This document shows, piece after piece, positions 21,528-28,851 of a stretch of DNA of 64,000 nt. The translations under genes and the position numbers were made by a program. The DNA is from Escherichia coli (lineage in GTDB: Bacteria; Pseudomonadota; Gammaproteobacteria; Enterobacterales; Enterobacteriaceae), in NCBI RefSeq assembly GCF_016903815.1, contig NZ_CP069973.1; one strand, 5' to 3'. A model generated the notes under the pieces. The model was not told the DNA's origin and searched no databases. It was given only the letters and a program-made list of their open reading frames with translations. The first letter of the stretch is position 1, and every line of letters starts with the position of its first letter.

Positions 21528-22031
21528 ATGACTGAATTAACCAAAAAGCAATTAATCGAAGAAGCTAAATTAAAAATAGCGATTGAGAAATGCCACCCCA
21601 ATTCAGGGATGGCACGGGTAGAGGGCGAATTATTCAAAATTGCTCTGGCATCGCTGGAAGCAGAGCCAGTTGGTGATTTTTATGAATACAAACCGGATGA
21701 CTGGTATCAGCGTTCGGCTGGAGATAAAGCGCCAAAATGGACGCCACCCTATGCCGTTTTTCCAGCGCCCGTAGTGCCGGAAGAAATGGATTTGCTTACA
21801 TGCCATCTCGATGGTGTAACTGAAACATATGCTGAGGGATGGAACGCTTGCCGCGCTGCCCTGCTTCAGGGCAAAGGGGAGCCCGGGAAACAAGTTCGCG
21901 AATTGACAATGCTGGTTAAACAATTGGTTAGTCAACTGAAGAAACCGAAACCGGGCTGCAAATTGCCGGATAAAGTGATGGACTACCTGGAGCGAAGCGG
22001 ACTTATAAGCGTGGAGGATGTTTTACGATGA
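21528..22031 (+). CDS. hypothetical phage protein (nin-region)
   Basis: 167-aa ORF with a GGAGG-type SD region upstream. No family recognised. Confidence 0.55.
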   Translation: MTELTKKQLIEEAKLKIAIEKCHPNSGMARVEGELFKIALASLEAEPVGDFYEYKPDDWYQRSAGDKAPKWTPPYAVFPAPVVPEEMDLLTCHLDGVTETYAEGWNACRAALLQGKGEPGKQVRELTMLVKQLVSQLKKPKPGCKLPDKVMDYLERSGLISVEDVLR

Positions 22032-22111
22032 CCTGGCCTGAAGCATTCACAACGGTAGGAATTGCGATGGCGGTGGCGCTGGTGGTGTATTCGATTTGCC
22101 GCTGGGGTTGA
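22028..22111 (+). CDS. possible 27-aa single-TM peptide
   Basis: ATGA overlap with the upstream stop. Product is MTWPEAFTTVGIAMAVALVVYSICRWG. Confidence 0.3.
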   Translation: MTWPEAFTTVGIAMAVALVVYSICRWG

Positions 22112-22151
22112 TAATACTAAATAACCAGCCCTTATGGGGCTGGCTAATCAT

Positions 22152-22925
22152 TTAGAACTGTTCATTGCCATCGAGGTTAGGTAGCATAATTTTTTCAATC
22201 AAGGCGAGAGCCTTTTTGTCCCGGTCAGCGAAGTATTTCGGGGCATATTGCGGCAACCAAATATTGTTAAAATGTTCTTTGAAATCTGCTAAATATTCAT
22301 TTGGGTACAGCCTTGCAGGGTATACGCGACCATCGGGATATTCATGGTCATAGGTAGGGAATGTTTTGGGTTCTACGTTTCTATTATCTCTTAACCATTG
22401 TGAAAATACTCTTCCTTGTGAAATGTCAGGAACCATTTTTTCTGGGAGTGTGTACCCTGCTTGTTCAAGAGGTGCAACCAAGTTGAATGTCAGTTCATTA
22501 AGAATAGAAAAGTGCGTGTGAGGAATTCTACTACGATTAACCATGTACCGTTTTAAATGTACAGGCATTTCTGCTGTAGTTCTTTCCCCTGACATCCATT
22601 CACGAACCCATCTTGAAACCTGGACTGCAAATTTGGGCGATAGCCACTGCGCTAGATTAATAGCGATGTCAGGATGCACCCATGTCCCTTGGTTTTCAGG
22701 TCTTCCACCTTTAAATGATTGAATTAACTCCGATATGGGAATTCCCATATCGCGTGATAATTCGTCAAAAAACTCTTGAGTAGTTTTGAGTCTAGTGTAA
22801 TCAGAGAGCAGTTTGCCCGCAGTTCTACACATTGATGTGGCGTTTATGTAACCATCTTTGGCACGTAAATGTATTATTTCGCCGTCAATTTCACGAGAAA
22901 TCAAAGATAATTGAAAGGATGTCAT
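22152..22925 (-). CDS. KilA-N domain protein with an uncharacterised C-terminal domain
   Basis: 257-aa ORF. The N-terminus (IHLRAKDGYINATSMCRTAGKLLSDYTRLKTTQEFF...GTWVHPDIAINLAQW) resembles the KilA-N DNA-binding fold. SD GAGGA is upstream, and the gene opposes the flanking early-right genes. Confidence 0.75.
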   Translation of the reverse strand: MTSFQLSLISREIDGEIIHLRAKDGYINATSMCRTAGKLLSDYTRLKTTQEFFDELSRDMGIPISELIQSFKGGRPENQGTWVHPDIAINLAQWLSPKFAVQVSRWVREWMSGERTTAEMPVHLKRYMVNRSRIPHTHFSILNELTFNLVAPLEQAGYTLPEKMVPDISQGRVFSQWLRDNRNVEPKTFPTYDHEYPDGRVYPARLYPNEYLADFKEHFNNIWLPQYAPKYFADRDKKALALIEKIMLPNLDGNEQF

Positions 22926-23334
22926 TGAAAATTCCTCAAGTTGGAGAGTTCTGGAACATTAAGGCGAGGTGGCAGTAATGCACCATCTGTAATCTTTTGA
23001 TACTGACGTAATCGGGCCTGATGTGCAACGCCTTGCAAGTATGTAACTCATTGAAAACGATCATTTTTATCTATTGACATCAAATGGCAAACTGTCATTG
23101 TGCGGCTATGGCAAGTGGCAAATGCTTATAAATCATATGGATATAAATAGTACAGAAAGAGTTGTTTTCTCTAGGATATGAGTATACGCCCAATGCTGAT
23201 TGGTTGAATTTTGTTCTTGTTTTAAAGGGTAAGAGTTTAAAGTGTTGGCAGTGATGTATTGGATAGTTAGAATTGCTGTGGGTGCTTGAGGCTATCTGCC
23301 TCGGGCATGAACACCAAAGGTAGATAGAGAAAAG

Positions 23335-23402
23335 CCCCAGTTAACATTACGCGTCCTGCAAGACGTTTAACATTAATCTGAGGCCATATCTATGCGACAC
23401 AT
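23335..23402 (-). ncRNA. putative Sok-like antisense RNA
   Basis: The minus strand carries TTGACC, an 18-nt spacer and TAATCT opposite the mok/hok leader, by analogy to R1 hok/sok. The ends are approximate. Confidence 0.3.
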
Positions 23403-23447
23403 AGAGATTAGCCTCTTACGGACCGAAAGGTCAAGGAGAAGCAGGCT

Positions 23448-23573
23448 ATGAAGCAGCAAAAGGCGATGTTAATCGCCCTGATCGTCATCTGTTTAACCGT
23501 CATAGTGACGGCACTGGTAACGAGGAAAGACCTCTGCGAGGTACGAATCCGAACTGGCAGACGGAGGCTCTGA
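23448..23573 (+). pseudogene. hok-family (HokD/RelF-like) type I toxin gene, frameshifted and 3'-diverged
   Basis: The first 37 aa (MKQQKAMLIALIVICLTVIVTALVTRKDLCEVRIRTG) match recalled HokD. GGCAGACGGAGG appears where GGCCAGACGGAGG is expected, so a 1-nt loss gives ...RRRL stop at 41 aa. Upstream hok-type leader elements are present (GCTTGAGGCTATCTGCCTC, TAGCCTCTTAC, CAAGGAGAAG). Confidence 0.7.
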
Positions 23574-23655
23574 TTCGTAGACTACTAATCTGAGTAAAAG
23601 ACCCAGCGGGGAAAGAACCACGCCGGGACTAGTTAATAAGATATTTATAGCGTGG

Positions 23656-23997
23656 CTATTCTTTTTTTGCGGTATAGACTTTTTCGCCTGAGAAGTCTGG
23701 AGCTACCCAAAAGTTAATATTAAACTGAGCATCATCGCTTAGTTCAACACGGTGCCAGTATTGTGGTGGGCTTGTTGCAAAAGCGCCAGCATTAATGACT
23801 ACTTTTATCTCCGGTTCAGTAGCATTCTCATCAGCAAAACCATAATATGTTACAGTACCTTCCATCACGCATAACTGTCCAAAAACACCTGCTGCTGTAT
23901 TATGATGTGTTAATAACGCTGAAGGTACGTTCTCTTTTGTGAAGAACGGAGTTGAGCGTTTGATTACCCAGTCTTTAGGAATTCTCTTGTGTGTCAT
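23656..23997 (-). CDS. DUF1971 (YeaR / TehB-N-terminal-like) cupin-type protein
   Basis: 113 aa from MTHKRIPKDWVIKRSTPFFTKENVPSALLTHHNTAAGVFGQLCVMEGTVTYYGF...PPQYWHRVE...FNINFW, colinear with recalled YeaR. SD GGAGGTGG is upstream. Confidence 0.7.
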   Translation of the reverse strand: MTHKRIPKDWVIKRSTPFFTKENVPSALLTHHNTAAGVFGQLCVMEGTVTYYGFADENATEPEIKVVINAGAFATSPPQYWHRVELSDDAQFNINFWVAPDFSGEKVYTAKKE

Positions 23998-24364
23998 AAC
24001 CACCTCCCATAAAACATGCATTATAAATGCACCTTTTTGAGGGTTATGTCAAGCTGTTATGAAACACATAATTGATATGTTGATTAGAGGAGAAGATAGA
24101 ATCAATATGGTTGTTTTTCGTATAACTATTTGTTTTACTTTTAGTTTGTGCATTCTGTGTGTTAGGAATAACTTATTAAAGTTTAACTAAAAAATCTCGA
24201 TATAGTCCGCATAGATTACTGTTACTGAATCTTATTGTGTGCATTAGTTGTGTTCTGAAATTTCAATTTAATTACTTATGATATATTTTTAACGATAAAT
24301 GTTTTCCGGGTTAAAGACAGTGGGGGATGAGATAAGCAATATATCATTAATCTTGATTATTTCC

Positions 24365-24430
24365 AGGATGCCTTTACTGTGCATATAAATAAATCATATA
24401 CGCATCAAATAATGTAAAGGCATCCTTTTA
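24365..24430 (+). terminator. long hairpin plus T-run (13-bp perfect stem AGGATGCCTTTAC / GTAAAGGCATCCT)
   Basis: Stems at 24365-24377 and 24414-24426, followed by TTTTA. The T-run is only on the plus strand, so the hairpin faces the 3' end of the minus-strand peptide gene. Confidence 0.4.
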
Positions 24431-24499
24431 GATATATCTTATCAAATGTTAATGATTTGAGTGGGAAACATGATTCCAGAAACTAATCATGCGGCTACT

Positions 24500-24586
24500 T
24501 TATAAAAATAATGCCCATATAAAACAGCCAGCGAAAAGGATTACGGATAAAAAAGGAGCGAGATGTGCATAGTTGTTATTTTCCAT
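24500..24586 (-). CDS. possible 28-aa hydrophobic peptide
   Basis: Product is MENNNYAHLAPFLSVILFAGCFIWALFL, with SD AAGGTGG 6 nt upstream of the ATG. It lies in an AT-rich intergenic island. Confidence 0.4.
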   Translation of the reverse strand: MENNNYAHLAPFLSVILFAGCFIWALFL

Positions 24587-24864
24587 GTTTAACCACCTTA
24601 AATAATTGATGATGACGGGATGTGCATCTGTAATGCTTTTGTTGAAATGTTATGATAAAAAAGAACTTTTTCATAACATTAAAATGTAATTTATCTAATC
24701 GTTTTTAATAATAAGTGTTGTATTTCTATCCTTGTATCAGCTATTTGATATGTAGTGTTTGTTCATGTTATGTGGAGCTTTACACCATAGCCAGTTTATT
24801 TATACTTTATTCGTCAGCCTGAACAACTGGCATCTGCTGCACTGCGCCATCGAGAGATTGAGAA

Positions 24865-25464
24865 ATGGCGCATATACAACTGGTCAAACAAACCTCTTCT
24901 GGACTACTTCTCCCGGCGACGCCGGAGAGTTGCGATTTTTTGCATCAAATCAAAATAGGCGAGTGGATACACGCAGACTTTAAGCGTGTGCGTAACTACG
25001 CATTCCACAAGCGTTTTTTCAAACTCCTGCAACTGGGATTCGATTACTGGACTCCGGTCGGTGGGGCGATCACGCCTCGCGAACGAAAGCTGGTTTCAGG
25101 ATTCGTTGATTACCTATGTGAATCAGTAGGCCGGGAACATACGCCAGCTCTGAGCGAAGCCGCAGAGCAATATCTGAATACAGTTGCGACACGCAGAACC
25201 CGGGATACGGCATTGCTAAAGTCGTTTGAGGCTTTCCGCGAGTGGGTAACCATTCAGGCCGGATTTTACACCGAGCATCTTTATCCTGATGGTAGCCATG
25301 GGCGTCGGGCGAAATCCATCGCTTTTGCGAATATGGACGAAACCGAGTTTCAGCAGGTTTATAAATCTGTTCTGAATGTGCTGTGGAACTGGATTCTGTT
25401 CCGTAAATTTTCCTCTCCGGAACAAGTCGAAAATGTGACCGCGCAGCTGCTGGAGTTTGCGTAA
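24865..25464 (+). CDS. conserved lambdoid nin-region protein (DUF1367-like)
   Basis: 199-aa ORF with an ATGG overlap to the next gene. The family call is from memory only. Confidence 0.5.
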   Translation: MAHIQLVKQTSSGLLLPATPESCDFLHQIKIGEWIHADFKRVRNYAFHKRFFKLLQLGFDYWTPVGGAITPRERKLVSGFVDYLCESVGREHTPALSEAAEQYLNTVATRRTRDTALLKSFEAFREWVTIQAGFYTEHLYPDGSHGRRAKSIAFANMDETEFQQVYKSVLNVLWNWILFRKFSSPEQVENVTAQLLEFA

Positions 25465-25754
25465 TGGTGGATTTACGTAAAGCGGCGCGGGGGCAGATGT
25501 GCACCGTCAGAATTCCTGGCTACTGCAATCACGATCCGGAAACGTCTGTGCTGGCGCATTACCGACTGGCGGGAACGTGCGGAACAGCGACAAAACCACA
25601 CGATATGCAGGCGGCGATTGCCTGTAGCTCATGCCACGATCTAATCGACGGGCGGGTAAAAACCAGCGATTACACCAAAGAAGAATTACGCCTGATGCAT
25701 GCAGAAGGTGTTTTTCGCACACAAGAAATCTGGAGAAAGGAGGGATATTTGTGA
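25464..25754 (+). CDS. YbcO-like protein (DUF1364, putative zinc-dependent nuclease)
   Basis: 96-aa ORF MVDLRKAARGQMCTVRIPGYCNHDPETSVLAHYRLAG...ACSSCHDLIDGR, colinear with recalled DLP12 YbcO. Confidence 0.8.
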   Translation: MVDLRKAARGQMCTVRIPGYCNHDPETSVLAHYRLAGTCGTATKPHDMQAAIACSSCHDLIDGRVKTSDYTKEELRLMHAEGVFRTQEIWRKEGYL

Positions 25755-26293
25755 TTTACCCAACGAATACAGGAAAAAGCGGAGAACACCTTCGTCTCGC
25801 CACGCTGGAAAGTGTCTGGATTCAGGGCAAACTGCGTATGTGGGGGCGCTGGTCGTATATTGGCGGTGGCAGGTCAGGAAATATGTTCAATCAGTTGTTG
25901 GCATCCAAAAAATTGACGAAAACAGCCATCAATGAAGCCCTGCGCAGAATGAAAAAAGCGGGAATAGAGAAAGCTGAGCTGGAAGCGTTTTTGCGAGAGA
26001 TGATCAACGGCAAGCAAAAGAGCTGGCTGGCGCATTGTACTGATGCAGAGGCGTTATGTATTGATCGAGTCATAAGTGAGGTGCTGGCAGAGCATCCTGG
26101 ATTGATTAGTGTCCTCCGGCAACGGTATGAAGGACGGGGGATGACTAAGCGCAAAATGGCTGAATTGCTAAATGATGCACATCCTGAGTGGTGTTTTAGC
26201 ACATGCGAAAAGCGAATTGCTAATTGGTTGGCTGTTGCTGAGTATGCCCTATATATTCCCATGCGAGAATCATTTGCTCAAAAAATAGCTTGA
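25751..26293 (+). CDS. putative late-gene antiterminator (Q-like)
   Basis: 180 aa from GTG 25751 (SD GGAGGG), overlapping the ybcO-like stop. The N-terminal LESVWIQGKLRMWGRWSY resembles the LERWG-W motif of gp23/QuuD-type Q proteins. It lies immediately upstream of a short terminated leader and the lysis genes. Confidence 0.55.
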   Translation: MIYPTNTGKSGEHLRLATLESVWIQGKLRMWGRWSYIGGGRSGNMFNQLLASKKLTKTAINEALRRMKKAGIEKAELEAFLREMINGKQKSWLAHCTDAEALCIDRVISEVLAEHPGLISVLRQRYEGRGMTKRKMAELLNDAHPEWCFSTCEKRIANWLAVAEYALYIPMRESFAQKIA

Positions 26294-26377
26294 TTTTTTA
26301 CGCATAAACTGCTTCAATTCCGGTATGCTTCGCAAAGCTGTATCGCGAGGCGAACCAAGCGCATGAACTTTACCAGA

Positions 26378-26407
26378 ACCCGCCATTGAGCGGGTTTTGT
26401 TGTTTCT
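26378..26407 (+). terminator. rho-independent terminator (tR'-like) downstream of the Q-like gene
   Basis: ACCCGC-cattga-GCGGGT followed by TTTGTTGTTT. Confidence 0.6.
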
Positions 26408-26514
26408 GGTACTGGTGAACCTGATGTTTCATTTCTGGAGCGCGATTCCTGGCGGAATACCTAGAATCGAGACATTCTGGTAAAATTGTTTTCAGTACAG
26501 GATGTGGAGGTGAG

Positions 26515-27084
26515 ATGAGAGAACTACCTAAAGATTATTTTTTAGGAGTAGATGATGAGCTCGTCGATTATCTTGAAAAACAAGGGGAAGAGACGATACG
26601 AGAGATTCATCTTTCTAACAAAACCAATGTTGAGAATGGATACAAACTTCTGAACATTCAGATTGTTGGAATTGGTTCATCTTTTTTATTGCTGACACAG
26701 AAAACTAATTTCGATTTTCTCACCGCCGGAATTACCACATTTACATTACTATGGACATGGTGCGCCATTTACTTGGTATGTACTGGTTTATCTGTGAAGG
26801 TTAGGGGCCTGATCAATGCCCCTCCTGATCATCTATATCATGAAAAATATAAGGATATGGAGCCCTCGAGCTTTAAAATATTCGCTGATGCAGGATATTT
26901 AGGACCTGATAAGTTATTGCCGCTTATACGAAGGTATCGCCTTGTTGACTTGAGTGATACAGCAAGAGAGTTACTGTTGGAAAATGAGAAAATCCGCACG
27001 AGTCTCGATAAAGCAAGGATGTATACCATCCTTGCTCCGGTAGCGGCGATGTTTATCTCGGCTGTTTTTTTATATGTTCAATGA
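26515..27084 (+). CDS. uncharacterised 3-TM membrane protein (moron between Q and lysis cassette)
   Basis: 189-aa ORF with SD GGAGGTGAG upstream. It has a soluble N-terminus of about 40 aa, two adjacent TM helices (res about 45-92), a soluble helical region and a C-terminal TM. It is visibly more AT-rich than its neighbours. Confidence 0.7.
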   Translation: MRELPKDYFLGVDDELVDYLEKQGEETIREIHLSNKTNVENGYKLLNIQIVGIGSSFLLLTQKTNFDFLTAGITTFTLLWTWCAIYLVCTGLSVKVRGLINAPPDHLYHEKYKDMEPSSFKIFADAGYLGPDKLLPLIRRYRLVDLSDTARELLLENEKIRTSLDKARMYTILAPVAAMFISAVFLYVQ

Positions 27085-27214
27085 CTGAGTCGGCAGAATC
27101 TCCAACAAAAACACGACGTGTAGCAAAGTCTGTAGTACTTTGTGTTGGAGTTGGTTTTGGTGCCACGGGTTGCTGAGGTTTATTTTCACCTTGTGGTTTG
27201 TTTTTTTCAGACAT
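27053..27214 (-). CDS. possible 53-aa hydrophilic Pro/Gln-rich protein, convergent and overlapping
   Basis: Product is MSEKNKPQGENKPQQPVAPKPTPTQSTTDFATRRVFVGDSADSVIEHIKKQPR, with SD AAGAGGA upstream. Its 3' end overlaps the 3' end of the 189-aa gene by 32 nt. Confidence 0.4.
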   Translation of the reverse strand: MSEKNKPQGENKPQQPVAPKPTPTQSTTDFATRRVFVGDSADSVIEHIKKQPR

Positions 27215-27308
27215 AAAAATCCTCTTTGTTTGAATTGTTACTTTTGGCGATTTAACGATATCAAACACGAGTATATACCGCCAGAAGCTTAATCTGGCAC
27301 TCCATCTG

Positions 27309-27333
27309 GCCCCGGCATGTCCCGGGGCTTTTT
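27309..27333 (+). terminator. rho-independent terminator upstream of the holin
   Basis: GCCCCGG-catgtc-CCGGGGC followed by TTTTT. Confidence 0.6.
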
Positions 27334-27431
27334 CGTTGTTAGGCTCTGGAAACATCCTCGACTTCTTGTTAGCAAGCCTGAGAGCCTGAATCTTACACTT
27401 AGCACCATCCGAACTCTCGGAGGTGAGGCTT

Positions 27432-27773
27432 ATGAAAATGCACAATGCCCCTCATTCCTGGCCTGACTTACTGGAACTCTTACAAAGTTGGTGGCGTGGA
27501 GATACGCCGCTGGGTGCAGTGGTTATGTCAATTATTATGGCTGGTTTGCGCATTGCCTATTTTGGCGGTGGCGGCGGCTGGAAACGAAAAACGCTTGAGA
27601 TTCTGCTTTGTGGTGCTCTGACGCTGACCTTTGCATCCGCGCTTGAGTATGTCGGATGGCCTAAATCACTTTCTGTTGCCATTGGTGGTGGGGTGGGGCT
27701 GATTGGTGTTGATGCTATTCGTGGTGCGGCAATGAGGGTCATCGGTAACAAGTTCGGTGCCCATAAGGAGTAA
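27432..27773 (+). CDS. class I holin (lambda S-like) with an MKM dual-start motif
   Basis: 113 aa with 3 predicted TMs. The ATGAAAATG start resembles lambda S107/S105. It lies immediately upstream of R. Confidence 0.85.
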   Translation: MKMHNAPHSWPDLLELLQSWWRGDTPLGAVVMSIIMAGLRIAYFGGGGGWKRKTLEILLCGALTLTFASALEYVGWPKSLSVAIGGGVGLIGVDAIRGAAMRVIGNKFGAHKE

Positions 27774-27776
27774 TTA

Positions 27777-28253
27777 ATGCAGACACTTAATTCCCAGCGT
27801 AAAGCTTTCCTTGATATGGTGGCATGGTCAGAAGGAACAGATAACGGACGGCAGAAAACCAGAAATCACGGTTATGATGTTATTGTCGGTGGCGAACTGT
27901 TCACTGATTACTCCGATCACCCCCGCAAACTTGTCACGCTAAATCCGAAACTCAAATCAACAGCCGCTGGACGTTACCAGCTTCTTTCACGCTGGTGGGA
28001 TGCCTACCGCAAGCAACTTGGCCTGAAAGATTTTTCTCCAGAAAGTCAGGATGCTGTAGCGCTGCAGCAGATTAAAGAGCGTGGCGCTTTGCCGATGATT
28101 GATCGCGGTGATATCCGTCAGACTATCGACCGTTGCAGCAATATATGGGCTTCACTGCCGGGCGCTGGTTATGGTCAGTTCGAGCATAAGGCTGACAGTC
28201 TGATTGCAAAATTCAAAGAAGCTGGCGGAACGGTCAGAGAGATTGAGGTATGA
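27777..28253 (+). CDS. endolysin, lambda R-type lytic transglycosylase
   Basis: 158 aa, almost colinear with lambda R ([47 protein letters not shown]...). Confidence 0.95.
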   Translation: MQTLNSQRKAFLDMVAWSEGTDNGRQKTRNHGYDVIVGGELFTDYSDHPRKLVTLNPKLKSTAAGRYQLLSRWWDAYRKQLGLKDFSPESQDAVALQQIKERGALPMIDRGDIRQTIDRCSNIWASLPGAGYGQFEHKADSLIAKFKEAGGTVREIEV

Positions 28254-28714
28254 GCAGAGTAACCGCGATTATCTCCGCTCTGGTTATCTGCATCGTCGTC
28301 TGCCTGTCATGGGGTGTTAATCATTACCGTGATAACGCCATCGCCTACAAAGAACAGCGCGACAAAAATGCCAGAGAACTGAAGCTGGCGAACGCGGCAA
28401 TTACTGACATGCAGATGCGTCAGCGTGATGTTGCTGCGCTCGATGCAAAATACACGAAGGAGTTAGCTGATGCGAAAGCTGAAAATGATGCTCTGCGTGA
28501 TGATGTTGCCGCTGGTCGTCGTCGGTTGCACATCAAAGCAGTCTGTCAGTCAGTGCGTGAAGCCACCACCGCCTCCGGCGTGGATAATGCAGCCTCCCCC
28601 CGACTGGCAGACACCGCTGAACGGGATTATTTCACCCTCCGGGAACGACTGGTAATGATGCAGGCCCAACTTGAAGGTGCTCAGCAATACATAACCGAGC
28701 AGTGTTTAAAGTAA
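28250..28714 (+). CDS. rzpR: spanin inner-membrane subunit Rz
   Basis: 154 aa with an N-terminal TM and coiled coil, lambda Rz-like. Confidence 0.9.
   Translation: MSRVTAIISALVICIVVCLSWGVNHYRDNAIAYKEQRDKNARELKLANAAITDMQMRQRDVAALDAKYTKELADAKAENDALRDDVAAGRRRLHIKAVCQSVREATTASGVDNAASPRLADTAERDYFTLRERLVMMQAQLEGAQQYITEQCLK
28470..28655 (+). CDS. rzoR: spanin outer-membrane lipoprotein Rz1 (embedded in Rz, +1 frame)
   Basis: 61 aa with the lipobox LVVVGC and the proline-rich [22 protein letters not shown], as in lambda Rz1. Confidence 0.9.
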   Translation: MRKLKMMLCVMMLPLVVVGCTSKQSVSQCVKPPPPPAWIMQPPPDWQTPLNGIISPSGNDW

Positions 28715-28851
28715 AATCTTAACTACAATATGATTCATTTTGATGATTGTTTCATAAGGAACAGTGAAGTAAGATCTAAGAGGAGTTAAATTTTATACAG
28801 TATAATCATAATATTGCAGCAAGGTGGTTATAATTGAAAGAATATTTAGAT

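Noticed and set aside
23074-23132. TTGACA hexamer plus three TGGCAA repeats and a TATAAA upstream of the hok leader, considered as a promoter/operator
   Set aside because: The TTGACA-to-TATAAA spacing (47 nt) is incompatible with a single sigma70 promoter, and no properly spaced -10 or -35 partner was found. The repeats may be meaningful, but I cannot assign a function.
26294-26377. Search for a PR'-type late promoter between the Q-like gene and the first terminator
   Set aside because: No -35/-10 pair with acceptable spacing could be identified by eye. A promoter is expected from the gene order, but I cannot place it.
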